DNA of 64,000 nucleotides from an uncultured Rickettsiales bacterium (GTDB lineage Bacteria; Pseudomonadota; Alphaproteobacteria; Rickettsiales; UBA1997): NCBI GenBank assembly GCA_934747265.1, contig CAKVGI010000006.1, positions 10,606 to 74,605 of the forward strand, read 5' to 3'. Shown piece by piece: positions 58,740 to 64,000 of this stretch (position 1 is its first letter; each line of letters starts with the position of its first letter). The notes under the pieces were generated by a model. It saw only the letters and a program-made list of their open reading frames with translations, ran no database searches and was not told where the DNA came from. The position numbers and the translations under genes were made by a program.

Positions 58740-59600
58740 AACCTTACTCTTTTCTCTCTTGATAAGGGTGGATCACCTCTCCCGTCCCCATGTTAAGGTA
58801 GGCTATCCCCCCTGATAAGGTCCCTTCATTCCATCCTTCTAATAAAGTCTCCTTACCTCTTCTGATAAAGTCTCCTTACTCCTCCTGATAAGTTCTCCTC
58901 ATCCACCCATGATAAGTTCCCCTTCCACCCCCCTGATAAGGGGGGCAAGGGGGGTTTTAAATACTTTAATTGTTTTAAACTATGTTTTTTATGTTAATAT
59001 ATTATTTATAAATTAATATGTTATAATATATTAATTTATAATTCTTATAAAAAAATTATTAATTGATTATATATTTTTTTATATATAATAGTTTATATTA
59101 TTTATATAACATTAATAATATATTTAATGTGTGATTATAGTATTTAATAATATGTAGTAGTAGCATTGTATTATTAATTATTATTTTATTTATTAAATAG
59201 ATATATTATTCTATTCTTAATTATTATTATAACTCTTAATTTTTAATTCTTAATTCTTAATTCTTAATTCTTAATTTTTAAATTCAAATCCTCGACTTTA
59301 TATTTTATTTTCAATTTTTAATTTTTAATTATTTGTTTTGTTTTATTAAAAAATAAAACGAAATAAATGTTATCAATCATCCCCTGTCAGTCTTTGACTA
59401 ACTCTAAACTTATTAAGGGGGGGAAGAGAGAGGATATATTGATTTCGTCAGCTCCCCCTTAAAATGGTGAATAAATAGAGAGTATTTCGCGTCAGTTCTA
59501 TTCATTATAAAGGGGGCAATAGGATGGTGTTTTGCTACTAGCTCTCCTTATAAAGGATAACAAAAAATATTTCATGTTAATTGTTTGACGCTACAACAAT
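58740..59600 (-). repeat. composite element E (inverted relative to A, enlarged core)
   Basis: Short-unit arm 58740-58956 ending CCCCCCTGATAAGGGGGGCAAGGGGGG. Core 58957-59375 with (TTAATTC)~5 and the AT palindrome. Long-unit arm 59376-59600 (CCCCTGTCAGTCTTTGACTAAC..ATATTGATTTCGTCAGC..). Confidence 0.85.
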
Positions 59601-59797
59601 TTAAAAATAAATCAAAAATTATTGGTACGTATATTTTCCAAAAATAAAACTTGAATAAAAAAAACAAAGTTTTACACTTATAGAAGTATTATTGTAAATT
59701 TGGATAAAAATTTTCGTGAATATGGTAGCGAAAATTAGTATTTTTGTTTTTTATTCAAGTATATAATTGTAATTTGAAAATAAATAAAGGTAAAAAT

Positions 59798-60277
59798 ATG
59801 CAAAGATTTAAAATTACAAAAGCAGGCCACCAAAAAATGAAAGATGAATTAAACCACCTACTTACAGTTGAGAGACCAGCCGTTTCCAAGGCAATTGGCG
59901 CCGCAATAGAAATGGGCGATTTGAGTGAGAATGAAGAATATGCGACCGCAAAAGACAAACAAAAGGTAATAGAGGCAATGATTGCTAACTTATCCGAAAG
60001 ATTGGCTAACGCAGAAGTTGTAGATATAAAAGCTTTTGCTGGTGATAAAATAAATTTTGGTGCCACTGTTAAGTTGCTTGATTTAAATACAGATAAAGAA
60101 GTTCAATATACATTGTTAAGTGAGTTTGAATCTGATATTTCAAAAGGTATTTTAGCTGTAGAATCACTGGTTGGAAAATCACTTATAGGTAAAGAAAAAG
60201 GTGATGAAATTGAAATAAAGACACCAGCTGGAATAAAAGAATATGAAATTTTAGACGTTCAATATATTGAAAAATAA
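59798..60277 (+). CDS. greA: transcription elongation factor GreA
   Basis: ITKAGHQKMKDELNHL and GDLSENEEYATAKDKQ motifs; 159 aa counted from ATG 59798. Confidence 0.95.
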   Translation: MQRFKITKAGHQKMKDELNHLLTVERPAVSKAIGAAIEMGDLSENEEYATAKDKQKVIEAMIANLSERLANAEVVDIKAFAGDKINFGATVKLLDLNTDKEVQYTLLSEFESDISKGILAVESLVGKSLIGKEKGDEIEIKTPAGIKEYEILDVQYIEK

Positions 60278-60290
60278 TCGTTTTTAAACT

Positions 60291-60959
60291 ATGAACATAC
60301 TTGGAGATTTTAAACAACCTAAAAAAAATATTAAGACCGCAAGAAGACGAAAAGTTTCTTCAACACGATGGTTGGAAAGGCAATTAAATGATCCATTTGT
60401 AGCATTAGCAAAACAAAAAGGTTATAGATCAAGAGCCAGTTTTAAAATATTAGAAATTGATAATAAATTTAAAATTTTTAAGAAAAACTATAAGGTTCTT
60501 GATTTAGGCTCAGCACCTGGTGGATGGAGTCAGGTTATTTCTCAAAAAGTTGGAAAAGACAATATACTTGCCGTAGATATACTGGATATGCAACCCTTGA
60601 CTGGCGTTAAGTTTATAAAGCAAGATTTTTTAGCACCAGAGGCTGAACAAATAATTTTAAACGAAATTGGTGGTGAAAAATATAATGTTGTTATGAGTGA
60701 TATGGCAGCAAATACAACTGGAAATAAAAATATAGACCATATAAGAACATCAGCATTAGTAGAGGAAGCTTATAATTTCGCGCTTAAAGTTTTAAAAGAA
60801 GACGGTACATTTATAGCAAAAGTTTTTCAAGGTGGTACAGAACCCGAGTTATTTAAAAATATGAAACAAAATTTTAAAACCGTAAAACACTTTAAGCCAG
60901 AATCTTCAAGAAAGGAATCGGTTGAAATATACGTTGTAGCACAAGGATTTAAAAAATAA
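60291..60959 (+). CDS. rlmE: 23S rRNA (uridine2552-2'-O)-methyltransferase RlmE/FtsJ
   Basis: YRSRASFKILEID, VLDLGSAPGGWSQV, VVMSDMAAN and FIAKVFQG. Confidence 0.9.
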   Translation: MNILGDFKQPKKNIKTARRRKVSSTRWLERQLNDPFVALAKQKGYRSRASFKILEIDNKFKIFKKNYKVLDLGSAPGGWSQVISQKVGKDNILAVDILDMQPLTGVKFIKQDFLAPEAEQIILNEIGGEKYNVVMSDMAANTTGNKNIDHIRTSALVEEAYNFALKVLKEDGTFIAKVFQGGTEPELFKNMKQNFKTVKHFKPESSRKESVEIYVVAQGFKK

Positions 60960-60960
60960 T

Positions 60961-60989
60961 AAAGCCCATTAATAAATAAAGGGCTTTTT
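60961..60989. terminator. bidirectional hairpin between rlmE and the SIMPL gene
   Basis: AAAGCCC, a 13-nt loop, then GGGCTTT plus a T-run. Confidence 0.5.
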
Positions 60990-61004
60990 ATGGTTAAATT
61001 GCAA

Positions 61005-61721
61005 TTATTTCAAATAATATTCTAACGTTGAAACAACTCTAATTTCTTTATCTTTTTGATGTAATTCATCGTTGTCATACTGAGAAGCCTTATTTCTTCC
61101 AGTTATAACAAACGTACCTTGATTTGCTCTCTTAATATTACCAACTTTTACATTTGAATTTTTTGCAAATTGTTCAGCAGCACTTTTGGCTTTAATTGTA
61201 GCCTCATCTATCATTTGATTTTTTACATCATCTAGTTTTGTAAAGATATAAGCTGGTTTCATTGCACCATAAGATGATGCTAGATAAACGTTTTCAGAGA
61301 TTAATTCTAACAAATTTTTGCTAGCTCTATCTACTGCATTAATATTATTAGTTTCAACAGAGATTGTTTGTGTTACTATAAATCTATTTTTTTGGTTTGG
61401 ATCTTTATACTCTCTGGCATTCATATCAACAAAATCAAGTTGTCCAAGACTTATTTCTTCTTCTGTTAATTGATATTTTTTAAGAAAATTTTTAACTTTT
61501 GTTGTATCTTCCAATATTTTATTATTAATTATTTCTAGGTCATTTCCAGCTTGTACAAAACTAATATTCCATAAAGCTTTATCCGCTACAACATACTTAA
61601 CCGCAGCACCTTTTACTGATACGCTTCCGCTTTTATTATTTACAACAGATATTCCAAAAGATAAGATAATTGCGGATATTATTAAACTAATACAGATTAT
61701 AGAAATGTTCTTGATATTCAT
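61005..61721 (-). CDS. SIMPL/DUF541 (BP26-like) periplasmic protein
   Basis: Signal anchor followed by VSVKGAAVKYVVADKALWNISF..., IVTQTISVET and ATIKAKSAAEQFAKNSNVKVGNI. The pattern fits SIMPL-domain proteins. Confidence 0.55.
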   Translation of the reverse strand: MNIKNISIICISLIISAIILSFGISVVNNKSGSVSVKGAAVKYVVADKALWNISFVQAGNDLEIINNKILEDTTKVKNFLKKYQLTEEEISLGQLDFVDMNAREYKDPNQKNRFIVTQTISVETNNINAVDRASKNLLELISENVYLASSYGAMKPAYIFTKLDDVKNQMIDEATIKAKSAAEQFAKNSNVKVGNIKRANQGTFVITGRNKASQYDNDELHQKDKEIRVVSTLEYYLK

Positions 61722-61899
61722 AATTTTTTATAATTATTTAACACACTAGAAATATAATTTCTATAAAAAATAAGTCAATTTATTTTTTATTATATTTAAA
61801 TTTAATGTGTCTTAAATTTTGGTTATGATATTAAATTGCTAGATTATAACTAATTATATATATTATTGAAATATAAAATTGTGATAGCGAAAAATAAAT

Positions 61900-62185
61900 A
61901 AAACTCCTTCATCCATTACTCGTAAGGCAAAAGCTAATACAGAATATTGCTTCTCTATTTTCTCTTTTTATATTAGGAAGTTAATCATAGAACCCCATTC
62001 TTTCTATTCAGTTTTATAATAGGAAAGTTGAGGAAGTTAATACTAATTTCTCTATCATTCTTTTGTAAGAGAAAAATTAATAAAGTCAGTACCCCATTAT
62101 TTCCCCTGTAAAGAGAGAAGTCTATCACCTTGTAAAAAGAAGAATTTATATGAAATACCCCCCACCCCCCTTACCAGGCACACTC
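61900..62185 (+). repeat. composite element F: long-unit arm (decayed), left boundary of the 61.9-64.0 kb variant
   Basis: About six units of ~45-48 nt carrying ..TTTGTAAGAG.., ..TGTAAAGAGAG.. and ..TTGTAAAAAG.. The arm ends in ATACCCCCCACCCCCCTTACCAGG (62155-62178). Confidence 0.7.
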
Positions 62186-62324
62186 TTCACTTATTATTAC
62201 TCACAAACTCCTTATTTTTAAAGAAACCATTAGGAAACCATTAGTTTTCTCCATCTAGAATAAGCAAGCCATATGGGTGTTTTATTAGCCACTTTTTTAT
62301 ACGAGTATAAATCTGATATTTGTT

Positions 62325-62495
62325 TACTTCGTAAACTCATTTCCGACTTCGCTGACCGACAGGCTACAATGATTGTGCAAGCACATCATTGTTCAGCTTT
62401 GTGCTTCGCCTTCACTTCGTTCAGTTGGCACTTCGCAGACCAACAAGTTAAAATGATTCGGTAAACCGATCATTTTTCTGCTTTGTGCTTCGTCC
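62325..62495 (+). repeat. hairpin-repeat block HR2 (two units of ~80 nt; opposite orientation to HR1)
   Basis: Units contain CTTCGC.GACC.ACA, the hairpin AATGATTGTGCAAGCACATCATT or AATGATTCGGTAAACCGATCATT, and GCTTTGTGCTTCG. The reverse complement resembles HR1 by eye. Confidence 0.6.
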
Positions 62496-62509
62496 ATTTC
62501 TATAATATC

Positions 62510-63000
62510 TGGTATATTTTTATCTAATTTATTTTTTGTTTAATCTGTTTTTTCTTATATGATTTGTTTTCTTTTGTCTAATTTATTTTTTTATATATAA
62601 TTTATTCTTATATGATTTGTTTTGTTCTTATCTAGTTGTTCTTATATAATTTAATTTATTCTTATATACTTTATTTTTTATGATTTACTTTTATATAATT
62701 TATTTTTACATAATTTACTATCATCTATTTATCTTAACTAGTTATTTTTTATTTAGTTTATTCTTATACAATCTGTTTTGTTCTTATATAATTTGTTTTA
62801 TTCTTATCTAATTATTCTTATATGATTTAATTTATTCTTATTTACTTTATTTTTTTATGATTTACTTTTATATAATTTATTTCCTTCTTATATAATTTGT
62901 TTTCTTTTGTTTAATTTATTTTTTATATATAATTTATTCTTATATAATTTGTTTTTGCTTAGTTTATTCTTATATGATTTATTTTTAGTTTTATCTAAAT
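62510..63000. repeat. AT-rich satellite (degenerate ~15-24-nt units with higher-order repeats of ~180 and ~330 nt)
   Basis: The motif TTATTCTTATAT(A/G)ATTTGTTTT recurs many times. Longer blocks starting near 62553 and 62885, and near 62640 and 62817, are near-duplicates. Confidence 0.75.
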
Positions 63001-63523
63001 CTAATTTTAAGTTATTTATAAACTCTCTTAACCATTTTATTAATAATGAAGGGGAACAGTTCATAAACTTTACAGCTTTTCTTATACCTACATTATTTAA
63101 ATAATATTTAAGAAATCTTTCTTTATCATTATATGTAAACTTCTTTACTCTATCACTAAATGATCTTTTACATTTTTTATATATATGTATATATATGTAT
63201 ATATATTATTTTGATAATTATTGTTTTTACTACTTTTTTACTGTTTCTTTTAATGTTGTTTTTTTATTCTTTTATTCTTTTATTCTTTTATTCTTTATTT
63301 ATTCTTATATATTATTCTTTATTTATTCTTTCTATTGTTCTTTTATATTATTTTTTTTATTGTTCTTTATTCTATTCTATTTATTTATTATTTTTTTATT
63401 ATTTTTTGATATATTTTTTATTCTTTTATATATTTCTTTATTCTTCTTTATATTGTTCTTTTTTATATATTCATAATCACCACAATGAGTACATCTTATA
63501 ATATTTGTATTTGGTTTGGACAT
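62888..63523 (-). pseudogene. IS1-family InsA-like (zinc finger + HTH) transposase N-terminal pseudogene
   Basis: Minus strand: MSKPNTNIIRCTHCGDYEYIKKN.., then low-complexity sequence with in-frame stops. It continues in the same frame as ..YKKCKRSFSDRVKKFTYNDKERFLKYYLNNVGIRKAVKFMNCSPSLLIKWLREF. This matches the IS1 InsA pattern C..C...Y.C..C+K.F...FTY....K......G.G.R.......S...+..WL+. No InsB/DDE part follows. Confidence 0.5.
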
Positions 63524-63604
63524 GATTGTTATTATTAATCTATTTATTATTTTATTTATTAATTTATTAATTAACTGTATTTGTTTATTAATTTAACTGT
63601 ATTT

Positions 63605-63690
63605 ATGATAATATGATAATATGATAATATGATAATATAATAGTATAATAATATAATAATATAATAGTATAATAGTATAATAGTATAATG
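63605..63690. repeat. 8-nt microsatellites
   Basis: (ATGATAAT)4 followed by mixed (ATAATAGT) and (ATAATAAT) units. Confidence 0.8.
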
Positions 63691-63711
63691 TTAAGTTTAA
63701 GAAATTAAGTA

Positions 63712-64000
63712 TTGAGAGAAGAAGGAGGGAGGAGTGTGATGATAAGGGGGGGTAAGGGGGTGGTATTGACTACGTCAGGTTCCCCTTACAAAGCTGGGCG
63801 AAAAGGGAATATTGGCTACGCCAATTCCTCCCCTTACAAATTGAGGCAAAGGGAAGTATTTTACAACCAACTTTCCCTTTACAAATACAACAGATAAAAA
63901 CACCAACTATATCAACTATCCTGCATAAAATTGACACATGATTAAAATCTCTATATTGACCCCGCCATTACAGAAGAAGACAAAAGGGATATCTTATAAC
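63712..64000 (-). repeat. composite element G: inverted long-unit arm (cut by the window end)
   Basis: GATAAGGGGGGGTAAGGGGGTGGTAT (63741-63766) is the inverted counterpart of 62155-62178. Units of ~47 nt follow (ATTGACTACGTCAGG..CCCCTTACAAAG..) and decay toward 64000. Confidence 0.75.

Noticed and set aside
62510-63000. AT-rich satellite as a CRISPR-like or coding region. This includes the plus-strand ORFs 62907-63104, 63160-63501 and 63195-63476.
   Set aside because: The units are 15-24 nt and degenerate, with no spacer structure. The plus-strand ORFs are F/L/I/Y low-complexity artefacts of T-rich DNA.

Overview
This is a very AT-rich bacterial window that uses the standard genetic code; TGA is used as a stop at 14471-14473 and 15380-15382. 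Gene content looks like a reduced, probably host-associated alphaproteobacterium, based on a Mic60-like/HemY-like gene pair and on IalB-like and SIMPL/BP26-like genes. About 50 protein genes can be supported, mostly housekeeping: rpsT, secF, dprA, ahpC, htpG, miaB, metG, tsaD, xer, recN, lysS, ftsK, engB, ruvA, ruvB, pth, gap, dnaX, lspA, plsC, ftsA, rpmH, greA and rlmE. There are also four tRNAs: Lys-UUU, Ala-UGC, Asn-GUU and Pro-UGG. The most unusual content is non-coding. A family of ~0.3-1 kb composite elements consists of two arrays of G/C-hairpin tandem repeats around an AT-rich core. I count at least seven full or partial copies (about 20.5-21.5, 27.1-27.4, 29.3-29.9, 46.5-46.8, 58.7-59.6, 61.9-62.2 and 63.7-64.0 kb). 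All are intergenic, and repeat units decay from G/C-rich and near-identical next to the core to AT-rich further out. One variant (61.9-64.0 kb) encloses an IS1-like InsA pseudogene and satellites. Two inverted copies bracket a small island holding an HNH nuclease, tRNA-Ala and an orphan pilin-like gene. Other notable loci are a tandem pair of modular paralogs with near-identical promoters and 3' ends (44.2-48.6 kb), and a five-gene operon of highly divergent Mrp-antiporter-like membrane proteins, one carrying a ~240-aa poly-acidic tail (37.5-42.3 kb). All calls come from reading motifs by eye. No alignments, HMM searches or database searches were run.
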